NCBI GenBank assembly: GCA_036785375.1
Contig: JAWMAR010000026.1
Location: forward strand, 9,920,001-9,984,000
Source: Leucoraja ocellata
Taxonomy: Eukaryota
Reading direction: 5' to 3'
Length of the DNA: 64,000 bases
Part shown: one piece after another, positions 50,549 to 63,790 of the stretch
Position numbering within the stretch: position 1 is the first letter of the stretch
Layout: each line of letters begins with the position of its first letter
Program-made: the position numbers and the translations under genes
The notes under the pieces: generated by a model
Databases searched by the model: none
What the model saw: only the letters and a program-made list of their open reading frames with translations
What the model was told of the DNA's origin: nothing

Positions 50549-51995
50549 CTGGGGAAGGGTGCAGAGGGTAAAAACGGGTGAGGGAGGGGAGGAAGGAAGA
50601 CAGTTTAAGTCATCAGACTTACCAATAACAAAATTACAGCAAAACAGGAGGCTACAGTCAAAGGGCGGCACAAATTTATTTCCTTCATTTGTCTTATAGA
50701 AACATTAAAAATTCTTTAGGGATTGGGCAGGCTAGATGCAGGTTAAATATTCTCCATGTTTTGGGAGTCCAGAACCAGGGGTCACAGTTTAAGAATAAAG
50801 GGTAGGCCATTTAGGACTGAGATGAGGAACATTTATTTCACCCAGAGAGTTGTGAATCTGTGGACCTCTCTGCCGTAGAAGGCAGTGAAGGCCAATTCAC
50901 TGGATGTTTTCAAGAGAGAATTATATTTAGCTCTCAGGGCTAACTGAATCAAGGGGTATGGGAAAAAAGCAGGAACGGGATACTGATTTTGGATGATCAG
51001 TCATGATCATATTGAATGGCAGTGCTGGTTCGATGGCCCAAATGGCCTACTGCATCTGTTTTCTATGCTTCTGGTATAGGTTTTCCCTACTATTTCAAAG
51101 GGCATTAAACCAGCATGCTGATGTGACTGGTTAAGGAGGGCAAATTTCCCACCACTGAATGGGTTTTTGCAACAATCCACTTGTTTGGGAGTCTAGCTGT
51201 TCTTAGTTTTCTTTTTCTGAATATTACATATTATTGAATTTATTGAATATTGAAAAGAATTGAATTTAAACGTCACAGCTACCATGTGAGATTTGGACTC
51301 AGGTCTCTGGATGGTTAGTGCAGACTTTGGGGGGTTATAAAGTTGGTAGCTTAATTACTGCATTATCACCTCACCCCATTGATAGGACAATTATGGTATT
51401 AATGTTAGGTGCTTGGCACGTTTTCCTCCCTCCTATCCTCTCTCCTCGTTTAGATCACAACTTATAACAAGGCCATATCAACGTTCCTACCTCTGTGCAT
51501 CAGTTAAACCTATTGCAGGGTATAAAGCCCCAGTATTGAGAGCCTTGGTAGAGGCAAAGATCCACCAACTTTTCCAGGGACAATGAAAAGATGCCCTTGT
51601 CATTAATAGCAGAGGCATTAGTCAGATAAGGAAGGATATCATGCTTGGACTCACTATTGAATTCCAGATACTTATGAATGAAGGACATTGATTCCTTGAC
51701 AGGGGTGCAGGAAGGATTTACTGAAACAGGACTTCTGTAAAAAGACTGAATCTGTGTTGCGGAAGACATGAACAAAATCTTGAGTAAAATACAAACTGCT
51801 CGAATTACTCAGTGGGTCGAGTTATGTAGAGGAAATGGACAGTCAACATTTTAAGTGTGGACCCTTCTTCAGACAGCTGCTTACCTCCACATTCCCCACT
51901 GAACCCGTACTACATAACTCCTGCTAGTTATACGCCAGTCAGGATTGGAAACGTTAACAGCTAAACATATGCGTTGATCTGTCAGGCATACACAC

Positions 51996-52093
51996 CTACA
52001 CATGCTGGACTTTCGGGATCCAGAGCTGCTGGGGGAAGACGGTGGAGTCTGGTAAGACCAACTATAGTCAGAGCCCTTCAGGTCCTTAATCAC
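51996..52093 (-). CDS. MTSS2: MTSS2 exon (VIKDLKGSDYSWSYQTPPSSPSSSGSRKSSMC+ag)
   Basis: cctgcag acceptor, ag|gtgtgt donor, 98 nt, phase 0/2. Confidence 0.96.
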
Positions 52094-52309
52094 CTGCAGG
52101 AGAAACAGAGGCTGGTTATTCTGGGAATATTGGACAAGGAAGGCTTTATGGGAAACAGAGTCCAGGGGTTCAACCAGTAATCTGCAAAAAAATCTTTTAA
52201 GATTTTATTTTATCAAAGGTTTTCTCACCTTTCTTTCTACACAAAATGTAGCGTATCATAGAAAGTATCTGCAGATGCTAGTGGTTGGAGAACATCAGAT
52301 AAAGGGTGG

Positions 52310-53210
52310 TCCCAAGAGACTGTAGGAGTAGGTGCTGTTTATTATATACATTAATGATTTGGTTGACAAGCAGTGAACATTGTTCATAAATTTGCTGAGG
52401 ATACCAAAATTAGTGAGAAAGAATAACTAAATTTACAACAAGATCTGGATTAGTTGGGACGGTAGACTTTGAAATGGCAAAAAAAAAAAGTAATTCTTGA
52501 CAACTGTGAGATGTTGCACTTCTGGATGTCAAACCAGGGTGGGACCTACACGTTAAATGGCAGAGCCCTGGAGAGTGCTGGAAAATAAGAGAGATCTGGG
52601 AGCACTGATGCATGGTTCCATAAAAGAGGCGAGTCAGATAGACAGTGTGGTGAAGATGGTGCTGGGCACACTTGCTCCATCAGAAAGGATATCTGATACA
52701 AAAGTTGGGACATCATGATGCAGCTGTCCAATTCATTGGTGGGACAATGTGCAGATCCACTGTTATTGAAAGGATGTCATCAAGTTGGAAAGGGTGCAGA
52801 AGAAATTCACCAGAATGTTACCTGGGCTTGCAGGCTTGAGTTATAGGGAGAGGTTGAGAAGGTGGGGACTTTTTTCTTTGGAGTGTATGAGGCTGAGGGA
52901 CTACATTATTGTGGTTGCAAGATTATGAGGGGAATAGATAAAATGATTGCTCAGTCTTTTTCTCAGGGTAGAGGTTTTCTAAACTGGAGAGCAAAGGCTT
53001 AAGGTGAGAGGAGAGAGATTTAAGAGGGACTTAGAAGTGGATTCAAATATGCTTTTAAAAGCATTTGGAAAGATATATGGACAGGAAGGGTTTAGATGTC
53101 AATAGGCCAAACGCAGACAAACAGAACTAGCCCAATATGCCAACTTGGTCGGTCTGGACAAGGTGGGTCACAGGGCCTGTTACCTTGCTGTATGGTTCTA
53201 TGACTTTAAA
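52310..53210 (+). mobile_element. Decayed CR1-like LINE 3' region
   Basis: KFAEDTK and KLERVQKKFTRMLPGL-like segments plus tail. Confidence 0.8.
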
Positions 53211-53869
53211 AATACCCTGAAGACAATTTGTAGCGTCATACAGACTCAGATCCCCACTAGATCTCTTCCCCTTATCTTACATAATGCTCTCCAGTTCTAT
53301 CTACCTAAAATTGTCATATCTATTACAACTAAAACATGGCAATCTGGAAAATCACAGCCCAGTCTGCAGGTACAGTATACCACTATTCCTGGCAGGCGAT
53401 GAGCAGAGCAAAATGCTCAGACATTCAGAGCCAAAAGGCAGGTACAGGGACTGGAAGAGCTTTCTGTTCAGGCAATTGCAGCCAGGATCAGACATTCCGT
53501 TGCAGAGTAACACCATGCAGAGACGCAGCAGTGTCAAACAGAACCCGAACCAGGTATCAATCACATGGACTAAGCACTGAGCAAAACTCCCTTTGCAATG
53601 TTCAAAAGCTTCTTTGAATGCTGCCCGGGGGTTAAAAAACTGGGCAGTGATTTGAACGGGATTGAGGTTGTGATTGCTAATCAAGCAGTAAAACGGCCAC
53701 TCTATAACCATCGGTTATGGTCAAATCTACACCAACCAATAGTTCACAGCCTGAATCAGGAGCTGAGCCAGAGGCAATCACATGCTCGACGTGGTCACGT
53801 TGTGTGGTGATGCCGCATGTACTTGAGATCTGAGCCGTGCCTGTAGCCTAATTACACCAACTAGCGCAT

Positions 53870-54180
53870 CCTAAATGCACACTCCCCCCGTACATGCACC
53901 TACCCACCCATGCACGCCAGCCACTCGTACACCCACGCTGCCATGTGGCCTTTTCCCACCCATGCACGTTTGCATTCACTCACCCTCTCACGCATTCATT
54001 CAAACTGATGCATCCACTCACCCACCGATGGATCCAGTCACCATCCACACATCAATTCACCTGTACATGTAAGCACACACCCACTCATCCTTGGAAGCAC
54101 ACAGTCACCCATACATGCAAGCACACAGCTGCTATACATGCAGGTATGCAGCCACCCATCCACTCACCCACCCACCCATG
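53870..54180. repeat. CA/CAC-rich low-complexity tract
   Basis: Repeated cacccatgca/cacac units. Confidence 0.75.
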
Positions 54181-54226
54181 TCACCAGAGGAAGTGTAAGA
54201 GAATGTGTATCACTGCCTCTCCTTAC

Positions 54227-54334
54227 CTGTTCACTGGCCGGAGGCAGCTTGTGTGGCTCTGCCGTCTGAACGACGAGGTCATCAACAATGGCCTGGAGGT
54301 GTGTGATCTCCCCCAGCATCGCAATCTCCCCATC
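54227..54334 (-). CDS. MTSS2: MTSS2 exon, end of IMD/I-BAR (DGEIAMLGEITHLQAIVDDLVVQTAEPHKLPPASEQ)
   Basis: ctccag acceptor, cag|gtaagg donor, 108 nt. Confidence 0.97.
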
Positions 54335-55525
54335 CTGGAGAAAGAGAACTGTTTCAACCTGGCACATCTGGCGAAGTCAGCAAATGGCTGCCCTCTTCCT
54401 CCTGCCCCAAACGTGAGCTTGCAAGGAAGTAAAGATACAATTTCCCATCTCTTAGCATGCAAATCCAGAAAAAAATCAAAGTAGGGCATCGCGGTCAAAA
54501 CCAAACTTGCTCGCAACTGCAGCTCACTCACTACTACAAGATTCCAACGTAGCTACAGACTGGTTTTAATCCCTCCCTTACTTAGGGAATGCAGTAAATG
54601 TACTAGGGTTCCACTTTCATTGGGGAATTGGGATGCAAGTACGATTATTGAACCTCCAGTGTGTACTGTATGAGTCCTCCAATCTACCATGTGCTTTAAA
54701 TTCAGAATAATGGATTCCTGAGAGTAAGTCACAGGGCTCCATCTATTTGAAGGGTGGTTTTCAGATAGCGTGGTAGACATTGAGGTTGATGGTAGACTTT
54801 ATGAGCAGTTGATGACCCACTTTACATGCTTCCCATCAAAGTATTTACCAGCACGCTGCTTCCTGTTCCAAACCAGCAATTTAAGCCACCATTAACCCCC
54901 AGGTGTCCAATTTCTGCCAATGGATTCTACTTACTAATGGCTGGACAGGATTATGCTCACTCCTGACCGGGTATTGGCAAGTGTGATCACTGCCATAATC
55001 CAGAAGGTGTTAGTGCAGGCCAGATTATAAAACACCACACACTGGTTCTCCCTAAAGGGGTTAAGAGGTACCAGAGTATGTTGGTGGGTTTTTTGATGGG
55101 GATGTCACAGTTGCATTTCATCCAGTTACAGCACTCCTGGACCAGACGTGGTCAAATTGAAGCAGCTGCCTCTCTGACAGGAAGAGAGCTTTTAAAGACA
55201 GAATTGGTGAATCTATTCTACCTGCTGAGAACTTCCTGCATCTTTCTCATGATGTAATTGGTCAAGGGGCAACAGATTGGCACCTAGGCAGGGTGCCCAC
55301 TTGATGGTCACAACCAGTAGGCAGGTAGAGATAGCGAGGGGAGGGGGTAGATTCAAGTAGTGGGGATAGTTTTGACCTGCAGACTAGGCTGGCTTAGTCC
55401 AGTTTGAAGGAACAACATATCAATGGAAAATGTTGGGAATAACTCAGCAGATCAGACAGCATCTGTTCATCTGATTTTGGATCGGAGGCCCTTCATTAGA
55501 AGTCTGTTTATGTCAGGCTCCTTAC

Positions 55526-55683
55526 CACCACAGGTTGTAAAAAGGTGATGAACGTGCAAAAGCGGCCTCTCTCCTCGATCAGAGCCTTGCGCACGGCCTG
55601 CTTCTCCGTCTCCTCCAGCAGCAGGTACATGTCATTCACATCCTGCACGGCATTCTCCACCTGGGGCCTCAGGTCTCCCTTAC
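55526..55683 (-). CDS. MTSS2: MTSS2 IMD exon (GKGDLRPQVENAVQDVNDMYLLLEETEKQAVRKALIEERGRFCTFITFLQPVV)
   Basis: ctccag acceptor, gtg|gtaagg donor, 158 nt, phase 1/0. Confidence 0.97.
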
Positions 55684-57393
55684 CTGGAGCAGGAAAGACA
55701 ACACTAGGGTTTCACCGCAGAAACACTTGGGGGTCAGCGTGCCAGAGAACGCCAGAGACGGCTAGGTTAGCTTAGTTCAGACATTGGAAAAAAATGTGAC
55801 TGACCAAAAATACGGGAAAAGAAGGTTTGTGCAGAGAATAGTGCACTAAAACCTGAGCTGAAACCCATCAGTAAATGTGCAAAGAACTACCAACTGCAGT
55901 GCCAATTATCAGGAAGAATGTTGGAACAGGGTGAACCCTACTCGGGCTTGGAGCAGCGGAGAATAGGCCATAGAGCTAAAGAGAGAACAGGGAAAGGAGG
56001 GCATGGCTCTCTCCTCCGTGAGTGTGTGTTTTCTATACGTATGTACTTGCATGCATATATGGACGCATGTACATATATAAGCATTTGCGTGTCGGATTTA
56101 TAGACAGGTTCAGCATAGAAGCTGGCCCTTTGGCCCACTATGTCTATGCCGAGCATCATGCCTCTTTATATTAATCTCACTTGCCTGCATTAATTCCATG
56201 TCTCCGTTTGCCTTGTTCATTCAACTCTTTCCAGGTGCCTCTTAAATGTTTTTACTGTTCCCACTTCCATTACCTCCTCCAACAGCTCATTCCTGATCCG
56301 ATTATACTTTACATGAAACAGTTACCTCTCGGGTCCTCCTTAACATCCTCCATCTCATCTTAAACCTTTATCCTCTGGTTTCACACACCCCTACCGTGGG
56401 ATGTAGATTCTGCCTATCTACCTTATTGATGTCTCTCATAATTTTATAGACCTCCATCATGGTACCTCTCAGCTTCCTTCACTCTATGGAAAGACACATG
56501 CAGTCTATCTATCTATTATGATTATTCAAGCCCTCCAAATCCAGGCAACATTCTTGTGAATCTGCACTCACTCTAGCTTAAACATATCTTTACTTTAATG
56601 TGTTTGTATATGTGTACTTTTGTGTGTATATGTGCATGCATATGTGTGCGCGTGCACGTGTGTGCATGCATGCATATTGTGCGGTGGTCCAGGGAAAGAG
56701 AATGCAGTGTACTGATGTAGCTGAGGTGGGAGGTGGAGAAACAGCATGGGAATCATAAAGGAGGATTTAACAAGCTGCCTTGTGACGGCTTTCATCATAA
56801 ATACTGAAGCTGGGAGATGCTGTGTGCAAAGCATTGACACCATCAAGCAGAGCTACGCAATGACCTGCTGTGAGCAATGTGCTCCTCCTCCTTCAGTGAG
56901 GGATCAAAGAAGGTCAGTGACTGCACCCGAGGTTCCCAGGACAGAAATGTGGCCGTTCCCGTGATGCTGGGTCAGTACATAAGGTTAAGTGCACACAGAT
57001 GTCCTCAGACCAATTCCACCCAGGCACGATCACCAGTGCAATTTAGCCTGGGAGAAGACTGCGCAATTTACACAGGGTCAGCCAGACCCAATGGATCAAT
57101 TTTCCAGAAAGCGCAAGTGTGCCACCTGCAGACCAGTACTGGTACTGTCTCCAACTTTGAATGACGCACTGCTTTTGTCCAGAGTTTGCAGTATGCCAAT
57201 AAGCTTGAGGAAATGTCTGGTCAACTGTTTGCAATGTCACCTTGTCAGTAAAGAAATTAAATTGTAAATGCCCTGGTTTCAGTTCTGCTTTTCAATGCAT
57301 TTTTCATTATCTGGGCATCAGTGGGCAGGGCAGTTACTGCCCATCCCTCATGGGCCTTGAGAAGGTAGTGGTAAGACATCTTCTTAAACTGCT

Positions 57394-58267
57394 TGTGAAA
57401 GATTGCAGCAGGATCTGGATCGATTGGCCAGGCAGGCGGAGGAATGGTTGATGGAATTTAAAACAGAGAAGTGTGAGGTGTTGCATTTTGGGACGTCGAA
57501 CAAGGGCAGGACCTACACAATAAATGGTAGGACTCTGGGTAGTGTTGTAGACCAGAGGGATCTAGGAGTACAGGTGCATGGTTCCTTGAAGGTCGAGTCA
57601 CAGGTGGATAAGGTGATCAAAAAAGCTTATGGCACTTTGGCCTTCATCAGTCAGAGGATTGAGTATAGAAGTTGAGAGGTCATGTTGCAGTTGTATAAGA
57701 CGTTGGTGAGACCACATTTAGAATATTGTGTTCAGTTCTGGGCACCATGTTATAGGAAAGATATTGTCAAGGTTGAAAGGGTTCAGAAAATATTAACGAG
57801 GATGTTGCCAGGACTAAAGGGTGTGAGCTATAGGGAGACGTTGAGTAGGCTGGGTCTCAATTCTATGGAGCGCTGGAAGATGAGTGATGATCTTATGGAG
57901 GTGTACAAAATCATGAGAGGAATAGATCGGGTAGATGCACAGAGTCTTTTGCCCAGAATAGGGGAAGTGAGGACCAGAGGACATAGGTTCAAGGTGAAGG
58001 GAAAAAAATTTAATAGGAATCCGAGGGGTAACTTTTTTACACAAACGGTGGTGGGTGTATGGAACAAGCTTCCAGAGGAGGTAGTTGAGGCTGGGACTAT
58101 CCCATCGTTTAAGAAACAGTTAGACAGGTACATGGATAGGACAGATTTGGAGGGATATGGATCAAGCACAGGCAAGTGGGACTAGTGTAGCTGGGACATT
58201 GTGGGCCGGTGTGGGCAAGTTGGGCCGAAGGACATGTTTCCACACTGTATCACTCTATGACTCTATG
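57394..58267 (+). mobile_element. Young CR1-like LINE 3' fragment
   Basis: Nearly open ORF2 C-terminus (LEYCVQFWAP, RTRGH, WNKLP) and ctctatga tail. Same subfamily as 17071-18355. Confidence 0.95.
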
Positions 58268-60339
58268 CTGCAGTCCATCTGGCGAGGATGCTGTTGGAGA
58301 AGGAATTCCAGGTTTAGAAGAGTGAAAGACCTGGTAATATGTTTCCCAGTCAAGATTGTGAATCAGCGGGGAACCAGCAGGAGGTGGTGTTCCCCTGCCC
58401 CTGCTGCCCTTTTCCCTCCTGGCGTCGAGGTCAGGGATTGGGAGTGCAGCTGAGAAGGGCCAAGGATATATCATTTATATAGTTTAGGAATGTGCAAAAC
58501 ACACGGCAGTTAAAATGCATGCTGAAAGAGGTTGACTCTTTCCCCCCAGAAACTGCTGCTTTGCCAGAGGTTGGGGAAAAGTAGTCAACGCGGGTAGGAA
58601 TTGCAACAGAAGGCAATTAATTCTCTCCTCCATCAGTGCTGGCAGTTCCATGCCTTCCTGCAAAGGGCAGCAGAAGCAAGGATCCCGATAAGAGCTGAAC
58701 TGCAGTAATTCAAGCCACCGGCTATCTGCCACTCCTTGAGCGTAAATAAGGATGGATGAACAATAAATGCTGGCCCTGAGAAATGGATTTAGAAAATGAA
58801 ATCCTGGCCGTTCCCTTATCCACCTGTTGTCACATTAAATGCTGCACTGATTAGCAAACACAACACAGGTTGGGAGCAGATAGACCATAATAAATGTTGC
58901 AGTTTCTGTCCGATCTTATCAAAAACTGGGACAGTTCACCCCTCAACATGCTGATAAGAATTCAGGAAGTCATGTTATAGCTGTATAGGACTTTGGTTAG
59001 ACCACATTTGGAGTACTGTGTGCAGTTCTGGTTGCCCTATTACAGGAAGGATGTGGAGGCTTTAGAAATGTTGCAGATGAAGTTGATCAGGATGCTTCCT
59101 AGATTAGAGGATACTAGATATAAAGTGAGAGTGGATTAACTTGAATTATATTCTCTTGAGCATCGGAGGCTTTGGGGAGACCTGATAGAAGTATATAAAT
59201 ATATGAGAGGCATAAATCAAACTTGTTTGGTGGGGTGGCAATGTCAAAGATGCGAGGGCAAAGCTCTAACATCAGCCGTTCTGAACTGCAGATGCTGGTT
59301 TAAATCGAAGGTAGACACAAAAAGCTGGAGTAACTCAGCAGGACAGGCAGCATCTCTGGAGAGAAGGAATGGGTGACATTTCGGGTCAAGACCCTTCTTC
59401 TGTACCGTTCAATGTTTCATGTGTACATAGATACACCGAACCACAATTACAACATTAGACACAGATACAGCACACCATAATAATAAGCATTATATATAGA
59501 TAAGCCACATGGTAAAAACAAGCAAATTACATAGATTCACCTCACTGCATAAACAAAAACTGCACAAATAGACTACACCATAATAACAGGCAAATTACAC
59601 ATGCAGTAATATTGAACACTGTAAACTGCGACAGTCCAGAACAGTCATGCACAGCCAGAGGAAACACAGCAAGCAGGCAGTCCGTCCAGGTGCAGTATGC
59701 CACATCCAAATGAAATGATGGTTGAACAGTCAGTGTGGAGAGCAAGTGCTAGGTCAAGGCCTGTTGAAGCAAAATTCACGGCTACACTCTCACATCTCCG
59801 CATGTACCATCATCATTCTCCCACTCATCATCATCCTCAGCCCACAGCCTGGACTGGGGATAGACGCAGAAGGAAGATCCCTCCACCCTGTCTCATCACA
59901 CACTCCCAGGGCACGTGTTGGACTCCCGTGTAAAGCCCCCTCTACAGTGTCCCATCACACCTTCAGGGTCGGACATCGAGAAGAGCTCAATCGGTGAGCT
60001 GTAATAAAACGCTAGAAATTGGTGAAACTTTGGAAGTCGGCTATGACAATGGACTACAAAAGGTTTTCTTTTCAGGAGATTACTGCTTTGCAAGGTTTTT
60101 GTCTGTTTTCGAGTATTGTGGGAGGGGCATGGCTGACAGATTGTCAAAATGAACTTCTAAGCTCTGGTGGGAACTGAGAAGGACTTAATTTTGATTGTTC
60201 ACATCAGGAGTACTCCGACACTCCAATTGTCTAGCCCAGTTTGCTGGGTGATGGCGATTTTCAGCGATACCTTGGGCTTTCGTGAAGTCTGGGAAAGTAG
60301 ACTTCTTCTGACGCTGCAGAATCGGCTCAGAAAATCAAC

Positions 60340-61075
60340 ACGGAACAATCCTGCGAGAATTGGAGGAGCAAATATGCCAAGAGATTGCAGGCAGCTGCAA
60401 GGTTAATGAGTAAGTCATACGGGGCGATTTTAATTTTACCCAATATAGACTGAGACTGTAATAGTGCCAAGAGCTTGGATGAGGTGGAATTTGTAAATAG
60501 TGTTCAGGAAGTTTCCTTTGACAATATGTAGAGAAGGCATGGCTGGGTCTACTCTTAGAAAAATTGGGAAGGACAAGTGACTGAAGTGTTGGTGGGTGAA
60601 CCTTTTGGGATCAGTAATCTCTGTTCTATTAGCTTTAAGATACGGATGAAGCCAGGGCGGGCTATAAGGAGAGATAGAGCAGGGTAGGACTTTATTCCTT
60701 GGAGAGCAGGTGGGTTAGTGGTGGTCTTGTAGAGGTGCATAATATCTTGAGGGGATTAGATAGGGTAAATGCACAGTCTTTTACTCACAGTAGGGGTATC
60801 AAGAACATGGGTATGAGGTGAGGTCAAGAAGATTTCATTGGAAACTTAAGGACAACTATTTTTATACAAAGGGTGGTGGATGTATGGAACAAGTTGCCAG
60901 AGGAGGTAGTTGAGGCAAGTTCTATCACAACATTTAAAGGACATTTGGACAAGTACATAGTTAGGATAGGTTTACAAGCATATGGGACAAACGCAGGAAG
61001 GTGAGACAAGTGTAGATGGGGCACGTTGGTTGGCGTGTGCAGGTTGGGCTGAAGTCTATGCTGCATGACTATGAA
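60340..61075 (+). mobile_element. CR1-like LINE fragments (endonuclease remnant fused to 3' end)
   Basis: GDFNxPNIDW-like segment at about 60420, then WNKLPEEVV and tail. Confidence 0.75.
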
Positions 61076-61569
61076 TATGGAAAGTGAAGGGGGGGGGGGA
61101 TATGAGGGAAGGAATATGGGAGGGGGGGGGGGGGGTTCAGGAGAAAGAGCCTTGGAGTCTACGTGTCCTGGGGTTCAGCAGGGGACTGAGACGTCGGGCA
61201 ACAGGACAAAGTTACGGAGGCAAAGGATTCCCCCATAATGGAGGTTTCTGAGACTGCAGTTGGTCAAAAAGGAGACACACATTCTCTAAGTCGTGGATGA
61301 CCTTGAGGTACAGGGGCCTCAGAGGGGGTGATTATTCCCACCAAGACCCCATGCTCAGGTATCACGGCCACTGGGTTAGAGGATGCAGTACAGAAACCAC
61401 CTGAGGGGGCAGATTTGGTTATGGGGGTGGGTGGGGTGGGTGGGTCCCTGGCCAGATTGTGTGCCCAGTTGACTGGTTCCCCTTTCCTCTCTGCCTGTGT
61501 TTGTACAGGTGGTGGTTCTTTGCCTGCACAGATACCTGTACACCGAGCACCCCCCTCCATGGGTAGGAA

Positions 61570-61735
61570 AGGACTGCAGATGCTGGCTTAAATCGAAGGT
61601 GGACACAAAATGCTGGAGTAACTCTGTGGGAGAGGCAGCATCTCTGGAGAGAAAGAATGGGTGACGTTTCGGGTCTGAGGAAGGGTCTCGACCCGAAATG
61701 TCCCGCTGAGTTACTCCAGCATCTTGTGTCTACCC
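61570..61735. mobile_element. Palindromic Penelope-like repeat with hammerhead-like core
   Basis: CTGAGGA-A-GGGTCTCGACCC-GAAA-TGTC at 61675-61702, between inverted arms. Confidence 0.65.
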
Positions 61736-62399
61736 TCCTACATGGCATGTGTTGGTGATGTATGTTCTCCACCAGGGTCATTGCTTTTTGGTCAATCAGC
61801 TCCTGGTAGTGGGCATCTGCTGTACTGATAATTGTGATTATGGAATAAAAACTCCTTTGAAAAAGGTAAAAGAAGTCAGGCATAGAGAATATTCTAATTT
61901 ATATGTTTTTGTGATAATATTCCAATTATGGTATTATAAAATGAATCAGGGCTGTGAATAAAGGTTAAGAAAGAGCAGGGGAAAAAAGTAGGTTAGACAG
62001 AGTATAGCTCCACCTAGGCAGTCCTGATACACCCCAAACGCTGGGACAGCATGGATGACATAGAGAGTAAAGCACCCCAAACCTACCCCATCAAACAAGG
62101 CTGGGGCAGCGTGGATAAGATACAGAGTAAAGCACCCTGACACTGTTCCATCAAATAGGGTTGGGAAAGCAGGCCTTATACAGATTAAACCTCCCTCTAC
62201 CATATTTCACCCACACTAGGCTGACGTTCATACTTACTGCCCAACTATAACCTTTCCATGTGAGACACGGGCTCAGTTCAACGTCACAGGACAATCTTAT
62301 CGTAGCACTTGCGCAGACTCTGACTGTACAATGTAACAACGTGAAGTCACAAATGTAAGAGAGAAAACGCGAGCTGCATCCGTGAGAGAAGAGACTTAC

Positions 62400-62408
62400 C
62401 GAGAAGTT
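62400..62408 (-). CDS. MTSS2: MTSS2 9-nt micro-exon (ELL)
   Basis: Long pyrimidine tract then tgtag|AACTTCTCG|gtaagt, phase 1/1. Gives KARK-ELL-GKGDL as in mammalian MTSS2. Confidence 0.9.
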
Positions 62409-62724
62409 CTACAGGGAGGGGAGGAAAGGAGGAAAGGAAGATGGTCAGTGGAGGTAGTGGGAAAAGCAGTATTAGTGACCGAGGACAATTCATTACGGAA
62501 GAGGGCGTGTGCAGACAAAGTGGCACAACTGACTGAGTATCGGCACCTGTAAACACCTCACTTCTAACGTCACAGCTGAGGGTGATCTTGTTGGAGTTAT
62601 TTCACCATTGTCGGTCATTTGCCAATCTGAGATCCAGACCCCGGCAAACGGGTCAAGGACATCACCCGAATAAACAGCAGCCCCCAGCACTCAGGGAGGT
62701 GCAATGCCCTAGGTACTGCCCATT

Positions 62725-63030
62725 ATCTAGAGAGGGACAGTGATCCGGGTAGCCCTGTGTCCATAGAGGGGTAGTGGTCTGCATACTGTCCATGGTCGTG
62801 AGAGGGGCAGTGGTCTGGGTAATACCCATGATCCAGGGAGGGGTACTGGGTAATGTCCCGGTGTCGAAAAAGGGGCAGTGTCCTTAATGCCCAGTATCCA
62901 GAGAGGGGCAGGGCCTGCTACTGACCAGCAATGAGAACAGCAGTGTCCTGGATAATGCTCAGTGCCCAGAGTAGGGCAGTGGTCTGGATTCTGACCAGCC
63001 CAGGGAAGAATGATGCCCTGGGTAATGACC
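62725..63030. repeat. About 29-bp degenerate minisatellite
   Basis: gagaggggcagtggtctgggtaatgccc-like units. Confidence 0.75.
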
Positions 63031-63178
63031 AAAGAGCTGAGAATTTGTTGTTTGAAGTCTCACAGGAACATCGGTAGGTTCAGATTTATGAGGTTTATAC
63101 ACTGATAAACTCTCATGCACTTACAGCACTGTTGAGGCAGGTCAGTGCAAACTCAAACCCATAAACAGATCCACTCAC

Positions 63179-63253
63179 CTTTCCGTGCTTTCTTCTGAAG
63201 TTTGAGAGTGTCAGATGATTTCTTCTTAATCTCATGTCGAGCTCTCTTATACT
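63179..63253 (-). CDS. MTSS2: MTSS2 IMD exon (EYKRARHEIKKKSSDTLKLQKKARK+g); upstream exons lie outside the window
   Basis: cttcag acceptor, g|gtgagt donor, 75 nt, phase 1/1. Encodes the basic I-BAR tip. Confidence 0.97.
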
Positions 63254-63394
63254 CTGAAGTAGAAAAAGCAATGTTTAAATGTGGGTTGGGAAATCAGTGC
63301 TATTTAAGTAATGACAGTTCCAGCAAGTATTGCATGCAGCAATGTCGGAAATCTTTCCCCTCTAACCGCCATCCCAAACTACTGGGACTCCAAA

Positions 63395-63790
63395 CACTGG
63401 AAATGGGGGGGGGTTTCAATCCATTGGGATTCCATAAACTGGAAATGGGGTAAGATTTCAGTTCATTGGTATTCGATAGATTGGAATGGGATAGGTTTAA
63501 GTCTATTGGGATTCAACAGACCAGGAATGGAGACGATTCAGTCCATTGTAATTCAATAGAGAACGAAAGAGGAGATATTAAAATCCAATGGGATTCTATA
63601 AACCAGGAATATGGGTGGTTTCAATCCATTTACACTGGGAATGTGGAAGGCGTCAATCCATTGGGATTTTATAACTGGCAATGGAAGGATTTGTTCTATT
63701 GGGATTCAACAGTGAGAATGAATGGGAAAAGTCTGGTTCTCTGAAATTCTACATATGAAATGAATGGGATAGGGTTTGATTCTGTACAAT
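63395..63790. repeat. About 30-bp degenerate minisatellite
   Basis: ccattgggattc...gaatggg-like units. Confidence 0.75.

Noticed and set aside
53894-54484. 196-aa His/Thr-rich ORF
   Set aside because: CA-rich low complexity plus the antisense of an MTSS2 exon.
62530-62550. Acceptor-like tttacag|gtgccgatactcag resembling the MTSS1 4-aa micro-exon
   Set aside because: No GT donor follows at a compatible position.
40767-63253. Calling the gene MTSS1
   Set aside because: Despite MTSS1-like alternative exons, the ELL insert, LAANRHSLVEK, the SAPRIL ending and IL34 adjacency all indicate MTSS2.
62725-63790. Periodic 29-30 bp repeats resembling a CRISPR array
   Set aside because: Degenerate tandem units without unique spacers, in a vertebrate intron; no cas genes.
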